Source: a candidate division WOR-3 bacterium
Lineage (GTDB): Bacteria > Hydrothermota > Tepidihabitantia > SM23-42
Direction of reading: 5' to 3'
Assembly: GCA_027026255.1 (NCBI GenBank)
Contig: JALVOT010000004.1
Span: forward strand, 39,061 to 103,060
DNA: 64,000 bases
Shown: positions 47,506 through 58,367 of the stretch, piece by piece
How the letters are laid out: each line of letters begins with the position of its first letter
Numbering within the stretch: the stretch's first letter is position 1
The notes under the pieces: generated by a model
The model's database searches: none
Told to the model about the DNA's origin: nothing
The model's input: only the letters and a program-made list of their open reading frames with translations
Position numbers and translations under genes: made by a program

Positions 47506-49884
47506 ATGAAAAGGGCACGCGAGTTAAAACCCGCGGAATTGCGTTGGCAATGCAATCCAAAATTACTAAAATTCAGGTATATCAAGGATGTTGAGGCCTG
47601 TGAATGGATTATTGGTCAGCCCCGGGCTATTGAGGCAATAAAATTAGGGCTCAGGGTTAAATATCCTGGCTACAATATCTTCATTACCGGACCGGTTGGA
47701 ACCGGCCGAACAACAACAATCACCCGTCTGCTTGAAGAATTTAAGGTCAAGAGTAAATTAAAGGACCTTTTATATGTCAATAACTTCAAGAATCCTGATA
47801 TGCCCCGATTGATTGAATTACCTGGGGGCAGCGGTAAAAAATTCCAGGTTGCAATGGATAAACTGGTGGATGGGTTGAAGGCACATATCCCGGAAATATT
47901 CCAGAGTGAAGAGTATCAGAATCGAAGAAAGAGAATTCTGGATAAGTATGGTCAACAGCATCAAACCCTTCTAAACCATTTTGAAAAAGAGGTTGAAAAC
48001 CAGGGCTTCAAACTTGTGCAGATTCAGATGGGACCGTTTGTCCGACCGGCAATTCTGCCCATTATTAATGGAAAACCGAGAAATCAGGAGGAGATTGAAA
48101 ATTTAATCAAAGAAGGCAAACTGACAAAGCAGGAATTTGAAAAGATTAAGAAAAAAATCCGTGATTTAGAAGCTGATATGGCAAAGATATATACTCAGGT
48201 TCGGGAAATCCAGGAATCGGCGAATGAAGAACTGGAAAAGTTGAATGAATGGATGGTCAAACCTGTTGTTACCCATCTGATCAACGACTTAAAGAAAAAA
48301 TTTCCTGAGCCCAGGGCCCAGCAGTATCTTGATGATGTGCTTGATGCCATTATAAAAAATCTTGGACGGTTTCTGAAAAAAGATACAAAGGATGAATTCC
48401 GCGAATTTAAGGTAAATGTCATTGTTGACAATTCAGAAACCGATGGTGCACCGGTAATCTTTGAAACCACCCCTTCCTACAAAAATCTCTTCGGCACTAT
48501 TGAACGCCGTCCGGTAGGACCGGGTGTCTATGCAAGTGATTTTCTCAATATCAAGGCGGGTTCCCTGCTTCGTGCTAATGGTGGATATCTTGTGCTGAAT
48601 GCACTTGACGCCCTGAGTGAACCCGGGGTATGGCAAACCCTGAAACGGACCCTGCGTAATGGTCTCATTGACATTCAATCATTTGACCCCTTCTATATTT
48701 TAACTACTACTGCAATGAAGCCGGAACCGATTACGATCAATGTCAAGGTTGTAATGATCGGTTCTCATTGGCTGTACTATTTACTCTTTTATAAAGATGA
48801 AGATTTTAAAAAGATTTTCAAGGTAAAGGCAGATTTTGATACGGTGATGGAGAATAATACTCAGAATATTAATCAATATGCTTCCTTCATAAAATCGATC
48901 TGTGAGCGGGAATCCCTGTGTCCGCTGAGCAAGGAAGCCGTCGCCGATGTGATTGAATACAGCGTAAGGATTGCAGGAACCAAGGATAAACTTTCAACCC
49001 GATTTAATGTAATCGCTGATCTGGTGCGTGAAGCTGATTACCAGGCGCGACAGAGGAATAAAAAACAGATTGGCCCCATCGAGGTTGAAAAGGCGATTGA
49101 ATCAAGACGAAGAAGATTGAATATGATTGAGGACAAGATTCAGGAGATGATGGAAAAGAATATCCTGATGATCAGCACCAGGGGTAAGGCGGTCGGTCAG
49201 TTGAATGGACTTTCGGTCTATCAGGTGAGCGGATATGCTTTTGGCAGACCGATCAGGATAACTGCCAAGACTGCAATGGGCCGGGCCGGCATTATCAATA
49301 TTGAGCGTGAGGCAAATCTTGGAGGCAGAACATACAATAAGGGTGTTCTGATTCTGAGCGGATTTTTAAAATCCCGCTATGCCCAGAACCAGCCGATGTC
49401 TATTGATGCAACCCTGGGATTTGAGCAGTCATACAGTGAGGTGGATGGAGATTCTGCATCCAGTGCCGAAGTCTATGCAATCCTCTCTTCTTTATCCGGG
49501 GTGCCTTTGAATCAGGAGATTGCAGTCACCGGTTCGGTCAATCAGAATGGAGAGATTCAGGCGATCGGTGGAGTGAATGAAAAGATTGAAGGGTTTTATG
49601 AAGTCTGCAAGGCAAAGGGGCTGACCGGTAAACAGGGCGTTATCATTCCTGAAGCCAATGTTTCCAATCTGATGCTTAAACAGGAGATTGTTGATATGGT
49701 TGCCAAAGGTAAATTCCATATTTATGCGGTGAAGACGATTGACCAGGGCATTGAGATACTGACCGGTATGAAGGCAGGAAAACGAACCAGGACAGGCTTT
49801 GAAAAGGGCAGTATAAATTATCTTGTGGAAAAGAAACTGCAGGAATACGCATCAAAGATGAAAGGTTTTGCCCGGACAAAATAG
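47506..49884 (+). CDS. Lon-like ATP-dependent protease (LonB/LonC-type: AAA+ with large insertion plus S16 proteolytic domain)
   Basis: 792 aa. Walker A ITGPVGTGRTTT. The C-terminal S16 domain has the DGDSASSAEVYAILSSLSG Ser region and a downstream Lys. Confidence 0.75.
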   Translation: MKRARELKPAELRWQCNPKLLKFRYIKDVEACEWIIGQPRAIEAIKLGLRVKYPGYNIFITGPVGTGRTTTITRLLEEFKVKSKLKDLLYVNNFKNPDMPRLIELPGGSGKKFQVAMDKLVDGLKAHIPEIFQSEEYQNRRKRILDKYGQQHQTLLNHFEKEVENQGFKLVQIQMGPFVRPAILPIINGKPRNQEEIENLIKEGKLTKQEFEKIKKKIRDLEADMAKIYTQVREIQESANEELEKLNEWMVKPVVTHLINDLKKKFPEPRAQQYLDDVLDAIIKNLGRFLKKDTKDEFREFKVNVIVDNSETDGAPVIFETTPSYKNLFGTIERRPVGPGVYASDFLNIKAGSLLRANGGYLVLNALDALSEPGVWQTLKRTLRNGLIDIQSFDPFYILTTTAMKPEPITINVKVVMIGSHWLYYLLFYKDEDFKKIFKVKADFDTVMENNTQNINQYASFIKSICERESLCPLSKEAVADVIEYSVRIAGTKDKLSTRFNVIADLVREADYQARQRNKKQIGPIEVEKAIESRRRRLNMIEDKIQEMMEKNILMISTRGKAVGQLNGLSVYQVSGYAFGRPIRITAKTAMGRAGIINIEREANLGGRTYNKGVLILSGFLKSRYAQNQPMSIDATLGFEQSYSEVDGDSASSAEVYAILSSLSGVPLNQEIAVTGSVNQNGEIQAIGGVNEKIEGFYEVCKAKGLTGKQGVIIPEANVSNLMLKQEIVDMVAKGKFHIYAVKTIDQGIEILTGMKAGKRTRTGFEKGSINYLVEKKLQEYASKMKGFARTK

Positions 49885-49953
49885 TTTATAATTTGTGGAA
49901 TGAATAAGCCCGGGGGCGTCCCGCCCCGAGCCGTTTCGCCCGGACAAAATTGT

Positions 49954-51084
49954 TTATAATTTCCCGGGAATTTTATCTTTTACCCTGCGGAAAAAGATAA
50001 ATATCAATATTGTAGAAGCCAAATAACAGGCACTGGTGCTGAAAAAGGGGATTGTATAAGAAAGGTGTTCAATAAGGTAGCCCCCAATACTTGCGCTCAC
50101 CCCCCAGCCTGCGGTCCAGGCAATGACAAGCAGTGCATTGGTAAAGGGCTGCTCATCAGGCGTGACCGATTCCATTGCAAAGTTTGTGAAGAGGGGTTGT
50201 GCCATATTCATTAAGGCGGCTCGAATAAAGAATGCACCTACCGAAAGAGAAATATTCCTGGAGATACCCAGGATAATAAGAAACGGTATACTGAATAATT
50301 GTGAGAATACTACAGTTTTAATTTTACCAATCCGCTCGGCGATTACCGGGGCGACAAGTAAACCGGTTATCATTAATAACTGCTGACCGCTGTAAAAGAT
50401 ACCAATCAACCGGGTTGGGGTATGGAAGATATCCTTAAAATAGAGATTCAAAAAAGGGATACTCAGTCCCGCACCGACACCAACAACGAGATTGGGTAGA
50501 AATAGTCTTAGAATAAGTCTGCGGGAATGAATCTTAAATTTCTGAATTTTACCGGCGGGTTTTTCCTTAATCAAAAAATATGGGATTATGGCGACAAGCA
50601 CCAGACATCCAAATATATAGAGGGTCCAGCGATATGAGATGACAGTTGGAATATCTGTTTTTTTGATTATCCCGGGCAGAAATCCAGCCAGAAGATTACC
50701 GATAATTCCGGCAATGAGCATCAGGGCAAACTGCATACTGAAAAGATACGGCCTTTCCTTTGGGGTGCTGTTGCGCATAAAAAAGGGTGCGGCTGAGACC
50801 CGGAAAAAGACTGCAGCGAGACCTGCAGAAAAACCCGCGCCGAGGATTAAGTGGTATTGTGTTACAGAAACCTGCATAAGATATGAAAATGTAGCTATTG
50901 GTGTAGCAATCAGGAGAATCCTTTTTATGGAAAATCTTCGGATGATTATTGAGGCAGGCAGTGCCATCACAAATGTCCCTAAGGTGGTTGCAGAGATGAT
51001 ATTACCAATTCTGCCTTCAGGAAAGTTTAGGGATTTGAGATAGAGGTTGAACAGAAGCATAAAGCCGGAAAAACCCATTCCCAT
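49954..51084 (-). CDS. MFS transporter
   Basis: 376 aa, about 12 predicted TM helices, MFS-like loop motifs. Confidence 0.7.
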   Translation of the reverse strand: MGMGFSGFMLLFNLYLKSLNFPEGRIGNIISATTLGTFVMALPASIIIRRFSIKRILLIATPIATFSYLMQVSVTQYHLILGAGFSAGLAAVFFRVSAAPFFMRNSTPKERPYLFSMQFALMLIAGIIGNLLAGFLPGIIKKTDIPTVISYRWTLYIFGCLVLVAIIPYFLIKEKPAGKIQKFKIHSRRLILRLFLPNLVVGVGAGLSIPFLNLYFKDIFHTPTRLIGIFYSGQQLLMITGLLVAPVIAERIGKIKTVVFSQLFSIPFLIILGISRNISLSVGAFFIRAALMNMAQPLFTNFAMESVTPDEQPFTNALLVIAWTAGWGVSASIGGYLIEHLSYTIPFFSTSACYLASTILIFIFFRRVKDKIPGKL

Positions 51085-51185
51085 AAAGAATGTCCCGAAT
51101 AGAAAGAGTCGGGCATTCCTGGTAAAAAGGCTCAGGTTATCAAGATACCCGGCGATCCCTTTTTTTACTACAATTTTGTGGCTTT

Positions 51186-51962
51186 TTATTGAGATAATTT
51201 CTTTTTAACTATCTCGGCAACCTTTTTGCCGGATAATAGCATACCGCCAAAGATTGGTCCCATTCTCGGACCGCCAAATACTGCATTGGCTGCCATTCCG
51301 CAGACATAAAGATTGGGATAGACCTCCCTTGTATTTTCCAGGGTCAGTTTTTCTGCAATCTCAGCCCACATTGAATGTTCACCTGAAATTTTACCATCCG
51401 GGGTAAGGAGTTTACCACCGCTTTTACGCTCCACAATATGGGCAATTTCACAGGGATGGCCTGTCGCATCGATTACTGTTTTGCATCGGAATGAGAGCGG
51501 GTCGATATGCAGTTTTGCCATCTCAACACTGGACCAGTTTATCACCACACCGCTGACCACATCCTTATGTATTATCACATCCTCAATTGTAATGAGATTG
51601 AAAATTTTCAATCCGGCCTTGAGTGCCTTATCCACAAGACAGGCGGTTGCCTCCAAGGAATGAGCGACATAGTATCCGGATTTATATTTTTCATACTGGA
51701 TGCCGAATTCATCAAGAATTTCTTTACCTTCATCCTGAACAACAATGCGGTTGAACATCATCCCGCCCCCGGGCATTCCACCCCCGGGTTTCAGGCCCCT
51801 TTCAAAGAGGACGGTCTTGAATCCTTCTCGGGCAAGATAATAACCCGCACATAATCCCGAAGGCCCCGCCCCGCCGATGATTACATCGCTCTCCACTACA
51901 TCATTTAATTCCTTAAGATAGGATTCAATGATGGCGTGGGAAATTACCGTCTCTTCAATCAT
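51186..51962 (-). CDS. thi4: Thiazole synthase, Thi4 family (sulfide-dependent archaeal/bacterial type)
   Basis: 258 aa. FAD dinucleotide motif GAGPSGL and [12 protein letters not shown]. Confidence 0.8.
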   Translation of the reverse strand: MIEETVISHAIIESYLKELNDVVESDVIIGGAGPSGLCAGYYLAREGFKTVLFERGLKPGGGMPGGGMMFNRIVVQDEGKEILDEFGIQYEKYKSGYYVAHSLEATACLVDKALKAGLKIFNLITIEDVIIHKDVVSGVVINWSSVEMAKLHIDPLSFRCKTVIDATGHPCEIAHIVERKSGGKLLTPDGKISGEHSMWAEIAEKLTLENTREVYPNLYVCGMAANAVFGGPRMGPIFGGMLLSGKKVAEIVKKKLSQ

Positions 51963-52459
51963 GGGAAAATCCCGAATCGTGCACCGAATGAACCCCGGAA
52001 TGTCACCTGAGTACTGCCGTTACCTGAAATAATGATACCGGGTTCGATAAAGAGTTTACCACTCTGACTCATCGGATAATAAAATCCCATCCCGGCACGA
52101 ATTGTAAATAAATTCAGCGTATTCATATTCTCCTGATTTATTATATAAAAACCAAATCCGGTATGGATATAGGGCGAAACTCCACGCATTGGAATATAGA
52201 TAAGGGCATCCAATGAACTCTGATAATTAAAATTGAAGATTACACTGCCAAAACGGATTTCGGTAAAATCGATCCTCAAGCCAAGATTTCTGATCGGATT
52301 GAACACCAGATCCGCACCCAGGCCAAATTCCACATCGTTACCGATATAGAGTGAACCCTTGGGTCCAATCTCAAATAAGGATGTCCGGCTTCTATGAATG
52401 CCTGCCTGGGCGGAGATTATCAGACCACTCAATAGAATCAGCATAGCAATTCTTCTCAT
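51959..52459 (-). CDS. Hypothetical small outer-membrane beta-barrel-like protein
   Basis: 166 aa. Signal peptide [19 protein letters not shown] and amphipathic beta-strand pattern. Confidence 0.4.
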   Translation of the reverse strand: MRRIAMLILLSGLIISAQAGIHRSRTSLFEIGPKGSLYIGNDVEFGLGADLVFNPIRNLGLRIDFTEIRFGSVIFNFNYQSSLDALIYIPMRGVSPYIHTGFGFYIINQENMNTLNLFTIRAGMGFYYPMSQSGKLFIEPGIIISGNGSTQVTFRGSFGARFGIFP

Positions 52460-52483
52460 TTAAAACCTCCTTGTTAGTTTATT

Positions 52484-52734
52484 CTAACTAAATAATTGAA
52501 AATTTCAAGGGGGTAATCAGCTGATTCCTCTCCACTTTTTGTCCCGGTTTTTTGTAAACTATGTTACAATATAGCCGGGGGGCGTCTCGCCCCGAGACAG
52601 AGCGCCTGGCGAGCTGCAGGAGTTTCTGAAACGAGTTAAGAATGACAAACCTCCAGCGGGCGGCGGGGACGCCGCCCGCGCTGGTAAATTGAAAATTTCA
52701 AGGGGGTAATCAGAAAGGCAGGGAAGACGTATTT
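52484..52734. mobile_element. MITE-like element, family A, copy 3 (truncated; flanked by two copies of a 27-bp degenerate right-end-like repeat)
   Basis: Left terminal inverted repeat CTGATTCCTCTCCACTTTTT at 52511-52530. The shared core runs through the GGGGCGTCTCGCCCC hairpin and the GGGA-capped GC hairpin, then stops after one repeat unit. AATTGAAAATTTCAAGGGGGTAATCAG occurs at 52484-52510 and again at 52708-52734. Both end in AATCAG like the canonical right repeat. Confidence 0.5.
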
Positions 52735-52849
52735 TGGTTAATTTGTCCAATGTCGAGATTTGACCCTCAATCTATATATTATTGACACATCCCTTTTGCT
52801 GGATAATATCTTTTATGATTAAAGAATTAACTAAAAAACCGGCTGCCCT

Positions 52850-54721
52850 ATGACGAAACAGACAGTTATAAATCTTATAATCGGTATTGTCGCATATCTG
52901 ATCGCCCTCTTCCTCAATCTGCAATTTGAGGTGCGGTTTTTTATATTTCTTCTGAGTTATTTTATCATTGCCCGGGATATAGTTTTAAATGCCGCACGCA
53001 ATGTCGTGCGCGGTCGGGTCTTTGACGAAAATTTTCTCTTGACTGTAGCCACTGTCGGGGCATTTGCAATCGGACAGTTTCCTGAAGCGGTGGCGGTGAT
53101 GCTGTTCTTTAAGATTGGAGAACTTCTTCAAGAGGCAGCCCTGGAGCATTCCCGCCGCTCCATTGAATCACTTCTCAGGATCCGGCCGGACTATGCAAAT
53201 CTCAAGGTTAAAGATACGATAAAAAGGGTCGACCCCAATAACATCAATCCGGGAGATATAATTGTAGTAAAACCCGGGGAAAAGGTTCCGCTTGACGGAA
53301 TTGTGCAGGATGGGGTATCTCTGGTAGATACCTCAACATTGACCGGTGAATCTGTGCCGAGAAAGATTGGGCCGGGCGACCGGATACTTTCCGGAATGAT
53401 TAATCGTTCTGGACTTTTGACGGTTCAGACGACAAAGAGGTTTTCCGAGTCAACGGTATCCAGAATTTTAGACCTTGTTGAAAATGCCCGTATCAAAAAG
53501 GCGCCGACTGAAAAGTTTATTACAAAATTTGCAAAATACTACACCCCGGCGGTTGTGATTGGGGCGGTTCTCCTTGCCACGGTGCCGGTTCTACTGTACA
53601 ATATCCCGGCGTTCAAACCCCTGTTTCACCACCCCGAAACATTTTCAGAATGGATCTATAAGGCGCTTATATTTCTCGTCATCTCCTGCCCCTGTGCCCT
53701 GGTGATTTCTATCCCCTTAGGATTTTTCGGAGGCATCGGTTCTGCATCAAGACGGGGAATCCTGGTGAAGGGGTCAAACTATTTAGAAGGGTTGAATAAT
53801 CTCCACACCATAGTCTGGGATAAGACCGGGACCCTGACTAAGGGTGTTTTCCGGGTTACAAAGATTGTTTCGGTCGGCAATCTTTCCCGGGACGAACTTT
53901 TAAGACTTGCTGCTGAGGCTGAGGTCCATTCCAATCACCCGATTGCCCAATCGATAATTGAATCATATAATAAAGAGATTGATGAAAAGAGGATTGAGAG
54001 TTACGAGGAGATTTCGGGTTTTGGTATAAAGGCAAGGGTAGAAGGACATAATATTATGATTGGAAGTGATAAATTACTGCATAAAGAGAATATTGAACAT
54101 AATACCTGTAATGTCGAGGGCACGGTTGTCCATATTGCAGTTGACCGGAAATATGAAGGTTATATCATTATCGCCGATGAGATAAAGGCAGACGCCCTTG
54201 AGTCGATTCAGCAGCTTAAGGCACTTGGTATCAGGCGTCAGATTATATTCACTGGAGATAGTCAGGATGTAGCAAAGGCAGTTGCAGGAAGATTAGACTT
54301 AGAAGAATATTTTTCTGAACTGCTCCCCCAGGATAAGGTGGCAAAGATCGAGGAATTGATAAAAAGGAAAAAAAGCCAGAAAGAGCTTATCGCCTTTGTG
54401 GGTGATGGAATTAATGATGCCCCGGTATTGATTCGTTCTGATATCGGCATTGCAATGGGCGCCCTGGGTTCAGATGCCGCCATTGAAGCCGCTGATATTG
54501 TGCTTATGACCGATGAGTTGAAGAGACTGCCCGAGGCGGTAAAGATCGCCCGGAAAACGCGCAACATCGTCGGTCAGAATATCGGTTTCGCCCTCGGGAT
54601 AAAAGGGATATTTCTCATCATCGGTGCTGCGGGAATGGCAACGATGTGGGAAGCCGTATTTGCCGATGCCGGTGTGGCATTACTGGCGATATTAAATTCC
54701 GCCAGGATTTTGAGATATTAA
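52850..54721 (+). CDS. Heavy-metal translocating P1B-type ATPase (no N-terminal HMA domain)
   Basis: 623 aa. CPC TM motif (SCPCALVIS), DKTGTLT phosphorylation site, HP motif (SNHPIA), and hinge GDGINDAP. Confidence 0.85.
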   Translation: MTKQTVINLIIGIVAYLIALFLNLQFEVRFFIFLLSYFIIARDIVLNAARNVVRGRVFDENFLLTVATVGAFAIGQFPEAVAVMLFFKIGELLQEAALEHSRRSIESLLRIRPDYANLKVKDTIKRVDPNNINPGDIIVVKPGEKVPLDGIVQDGVSLVDTSTLTGESVPRKIGPGDRILSGMINRSGLLTVQTTKRFSESTVSRILDLVENARIKKAPTEKFITKFAKYYTPAVVIGAVLLATVPVLLYNIPAFKPLFHHPETFSEWIYKALIFLVISCPCALVISIPLGFFGGIGSASRRGILVKGSNYLEGLNNLHTIVWDKTGTLTKGVFRVTKIVSVGNLSRDELLRLAAEAEVHSNHPIAQSIIESYNKEIDEKRIESYEEISGFGIKARVEGHNIMIGSDKLLHKENIEHNTCNVEGTVVHIAVDRKYEGYIIIADEIKADALESIQQLKALGIRRQIIFTGDSQDVAKAVAGRLDLEEYFSELLPQDKVAKIEELIKRKKSQKELIAFVGDGINDAPVLIRSDIGIAMGALGSDAAIEAADIVLMTDELKRLPEAVKIARKTRNIVGQNIGFALGIKGIFLIIGAAGMATMWEAVFADAGVALLAILNSARILRY

Positions 54722-56238
54722 TTTTTCGATTTTTGAATTTTCAATAGATAGAACTCGGGTCGGGATGTCTTATAAACAACCTTATATTGACTGATGGTTT
54801 CCTGAAGCACTGGTGCAAGATATCGCCTTGTGGTCTGGGTCCAATAAAAGTTATCATAGATAATGTAATCACAATCATCTATTGCAGATTTTATCTTCTG
54901 GTGGTCCCGGGTAAATGGATAGAGCAGGGATTTATGCCGGGATAAGATGTAGACAAATTCAGGTTTTCTTGCCATTATAACCTTATCCTCAGGAATCTGC
55001 TTCTTTATCCATTCAATTACCTTAAAATAATTTTTCCAGTCCCGGGTATAGCCTGCATATCTGTCGCCTTTAAGGTATTCAATATTATTAGCTGCGGTTT
55101 CAGTAATCTCTGGAATTAGATGGATAATATTTAAGAGGATAAAAATGCCGAGCAGAAAATGAAGCAGATATCGAGAGTGAATTCGATTTGCCAAATCTTT
55201 TAATCCAAAAAAGAAATAGATGATTATGATGGGCAGAATCGGCAGCAGGAATCGGTCTGATGACCAGACCACAGGCCAGCCCAGAAGCACAATTATTGCC
55301 CAGATAAAATATAATTCAAGTATGGTTAATTTTTTCAAATGCGTAAGAAAGCCGAAAAGGCTTATCCCGGTGAAAAATAGCCCGAATATGGTTAACAAAA
55401 ATTTGGTGCGGAGTAAGGGTATCAGGGTCTGTGGTAATATTGTAAATGCATAGAATATAAGGTTGTTCCAGACCCGAATAATCAAATCGGTGAATGTTAC
55501 ACTACCCAATTCCGGTTGATAGGGGTTTCTGGCAAAGAGTTGTGTAAGATAACCATTCCTCTCTGCAATGCTCATATTCCTGATCTGCCAGGGAATGAAG
55601 ATGGCGCCGAATATAATCAGAAAAACGACTAATTCTCGATATCTCTTTTTTATGAGAAGATAGATAATAATTCCGATGATTAAGGATATCCCGGCGGTTC
55701 TTATAAAGAAGGCATAGACCGCAAATACGGAGGCAAAAAGATATAGATTTTTCTTCTCGCGTTCGGCTTTTAATATAAAGAATATTGCTGCCAGGGAGAA
55801 AAACAGAAAGGGTATTTCTGACAGAATCCAGTGGTTATAAACGATAAAGATGGGGACGGAAATATAAAAGGGGATGATAAATATCTTCTCTTTTTCAAAA
55901 AGATATTCGATGATGCGATTGAAAAAGAAGAATGCCCCCAGTCCGAGCAGTACGATTATGAGTTTGAGAAGAATAATATTTTTTGATATAAAAAACGGCA
56001 GGGATAAAATCAGGGGAAATCCGAATGGATACTGGGTATGAGCAGGTTCATCCGGAAGATGGATATTCTTATAACCCCTGCCTGAAATAATGGATTGGGC
56101 AAGGGTTATATAGACTGCATTATCTCCACCGGTGAAAAGTTTCGGGTCAAAGAGCAATAGAGATAAAACAAGATAGATTAATAAAAAGATTAATCGTATT
56201 TGTCGATCATTGATATTTTTAATGCCCTTTTTTTTCAT
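54718..56238 (-). CDS. Polytopic membrane glycosyltransferase, GT39/GT83 (ArnT/PMT)-like
   Basis: 506 aa, at least 10 TM helices. N-terminal periplasmic-loop acidic motif region (LFDPKLFTGGDNAVY). It lies adjacent to the lpt/LpxL cluster. Confidence 0.5.
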   Translation of the reverse strand: MKKKGIKNINDRQIRLIFLLIYLVLSLLLFDPKLFTGGDNAVYITLAQSIISGRGYKNIHLPDEPAHTQYPFGFPLILSLPFFISKNIILLKLIIVLLGLGAFFFFNRIIEYLFEKEKIFIIPFYISVPIFIVYNHWILSEIPFLFFSLAAIFFILKAEREKKNLYLFASVFAVYAFFIRTAGISLIIGIIIYLLIKKRYRELVVFLIIFGAIFIPWQIRNMSIAERNGYLTQLFARNPYQPELGSVTFTDLIIRVWNNLIFYAFTILPQTLIPLLRTKFLLTIFGLFFTGISLFGFLTHLKKLTILELYFIWAIIVLLGWPVVWSSDRFLLPILPIIIIYFFFGLKDLANRIHSRYLLHFLLGIFILLNIIHLIPEITETAANNIEYLKGDRYAGYTRDWKNYFKVIEWIKKQIPEDKVIMARKPEFVYILSRHKSLLYPFTRDHQKIKSAIDDCDYIIYDNFYWTQTTRRYLAPVLQETISQYKVVYKTSRPEFYLLKIQKSKN

Positions 56239-56954
56239 TATATTCTGAAATTGGCCCCTAAATAGATTTCCCTTGCCTTTTTATCGTTTATCAGAGTCTG
56301 GGCATCACCGGAAAGGATTACCCTTGCTTCATAAATAAGGTATGCACGGTCGGTAATTTCGAGTGTTTCACGGACATTATGGTCTGAGATCAATATTCCG
56401 ATATTCCTCTTTTTTAAGTTGAGAATCAATTCCTGAAGTTCGGCCCGGGCAATAGGGTCGATTCCGGTAAACGGCTCATCCAGAAGCAAAATTTTTGGAC
56501 TGCTTATCAATGCCCGGGCGATCTCTAATCTTCTACGCTCACCTCCGGAAAGGGTATATGCCGGCTGTTTTCTTATCTTTTGAAGTTTGAAATCGTCTAA
56601 GAATTTTTCAATTTTTTGCCGCGCCTCTTTTTTGTTGACGCCGAGGATTTCATAAATAGCAATCAGATTCTCCTCCACCTTCAATTTTTTAAAGACACTG
56701 GGTTCCTGGCAGAGGAACGAGATACCCAATCGTGCCCTTTGATACATCGGTAGTTTTGTGATAATCTTATCATCCAGAATAACATCGCCCTTATCGGGTC
56801 TTAAAAGTCCGACAATCATATTAAAGGTGGTTGTCTTACCCGCACCATTGGGCCCGAGCAGACCGATGATTTCACCCCGGTTAATTTCCAGATTTACATC
56901 CTCCACAACCCTTCTCTTACCAAAGGCCTTTGTTAAATTTTTAGTCGCCAGCAT
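56238..56954 (-). CDS. lptB: LPS export ABC transporter ATP-binding protein
   Basis: 238 aa. Walker A GPNGAGKTT, signature LSGGERRR, Walker B LLLDEP. It follows LptA/LptC-like genes. Confidence 0.85.
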   Translation of the reverse strand: MLATKNLTKAFGKRRVVEDVNLEINRGEIIGLLGPNGAGKTTTFNMIVGLLRPDKGDVILDDKIITKLPMYQRARLGISFLCQEPSVFKKLKVEENLIAIYEILGVNKKEARQKIEKFLDDFKLQKIRKQPAYTLSGGERRRLEIARALISSPKILLLDEPFTGIDPIARAELQELILNLKKRNIGILISDHNVRETLEITDRAYLIYEARVILSGDAQTLINDKKAREIYLGANFRI

Positions 56955-57834
56955 CTTCGGATTTTTTCTTTAATGTCAAAACCCCATGGGGTGAACCCTT
57001 CACCTCGATTATTGACGCCTTGCCGTTTTTGAATCTTATGGTAATACTTTCGCCTTCCACAATATTCTTTGAGCCTGCCTCATTATAGTAGCGGGACCTG
57101 CCGTCTTCAACCTCAAAATAGTCAAGTTTTTTATGGAAAAGTTTAAACCGGCCTCTAACTCCTTTAAGGAAATTATCCTTTTCAGTTACGACTGGATTAA
57201 TCATCGCGCCGATCTCTCTTTTAAGAAAATAAGAAAATGTATCACACGAAATCGTAATACTGTCGATATTCGCAAACACAGAATCATATCCATAAAAGAG
57301 ACTGCTGTCTGCCACAATATGAAACGCCCGGGCCGAAACAAAAATCGGTGGAGCATTTTCTCTCAGGACCTCAAGATGGGGATTTTCATTTAGGTAGCCG
57401 GTATCATCCCTTAGATTATAATATCCATAAGCACCATATGCCTTTAAATTATTTTTTTTGTCATTAATTATTACATTGGAAAACATTTCAACAATCTCTT
57501 GTTGTCCATCATAGAAAAGGGAATCTGCGGTTATTGTTTTATCCCCTTTTTCCAACATCACATCTTTGTTTAAATAACCAGTCTTTTTTTTAAAATAATA
57601 AAGGGCGTTCCGGGCACTAATCCTGGCATTTACCTCAATGATTTTTACATCACCCTTTAACCTCACCCAGGCCTCGGCTTCATTCATTACTGCCTCATTG
57701 CACCTGATTTCAACCCTGTCATTTTCTATTACAACATTTTTTATCAGGTGAATAAGACGGGTATTTCCTTGTTTTATTATTGCCACCTTATCAGCAGAAA
57801 ATGGCGTAAGATATACTAAAAAAATTAAAAACAT
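56941..57834 (-). CDS. lptA: LptA/OstA-like periplasmic protein
   Basis: 297 aa. Repetitive OstA-N-like beta-jellyroll pattern. Its position between the LptC-like and lptB genes supports the call. Confidence 0.45.
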   Translation of the reverse strand: MFLIFLVYLTPFSADKVAIIKQGNTRLIHLIKNVVIENDRVEIRCNEAVMNEAEAWVRLKGDVKIIEVNARISARNALYYFKKKTGYLNKDVMLEKGDKTITADSLFYDGQQEIVEMFSNVIINDKKNNLKAYGAYGYYNLRDDTGYLNENPHLEVLRENAPPIFVSARAFHIVADSSLFYGYDSVFANIDSITISCDTFSYFLKREIGAMINPVVTEKDNFLKGVRGRFKLFHKKLDYFEVEDGRSRYYNEAGSKNIVEGESITIRFKNGKASIIEVKGSPHGVLTLKKKSEDAGD

Positions 57835-58367
57835 TATCGATTGATGTTCGGTAATTCAATTGGTGAAATGCCTTTTGTTGAACCGATGATTTCAATCTTT
57901 TTCAATCCGGGGTCGGTCTTCAAGCCCTCACCTTCAATGACCGTGCCGTCCTTTTTTACAATCCTAATGTGGTCATTGGTCAGGATTCGGGCTGAATCAT
58001 TATTCCAGAAAAGCGATTTTGTAAATAGTTTTGTAGAATCGTCTGTATAGACCGTAACCGAATCCAGTGCCTGAATATTATGGGATTTTGTGTCCAGCAC
58101 ACCACGGGGTGCATTAAGCAGAGAAAATACCGCTTCATTTTCATCATAAAATTTTATCTTTATGGTATCCACTTTTATTATTTTATCAAAGACCCTGGCC
58201 CGGGCGGCATTCAGGGTCCATAACTTCTTACCCTGTTTGGTCTCGGTGATTGAGAAATTTTCTAATATGATGCTGGGAAATTGTTGGGGCAGCTTCTCTT
58301 CAATATCTTTTTCTCGACATCCACTAAACAAAAAAAATATTGCTGTCAGGAACAAAAGATACTTCAT
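57834..58367 (-). CDS. lptC: LptC-like lipoprotein
   Basis: 177 aa. Lipobox LFSGC. The size and lptC-lptA-lptB gene order support the call. Confidence 0.4.
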   Translation of the reverse strand: MKYLLFLTAIFFLFSGCREKDIEEKLPQQFPSIILENFSITETKQGKKLWTLNAARARVFDKIIKVDTIKIKFYDENEAVFSLLNAPRGVLDTKSHNIQALDSVTVYTDDSTKLFTKSLFWNNDSARILTNDHIRIVKKDGTVIEGEGLKTDPGLKKIEIIGSTKGISPIELPNINR

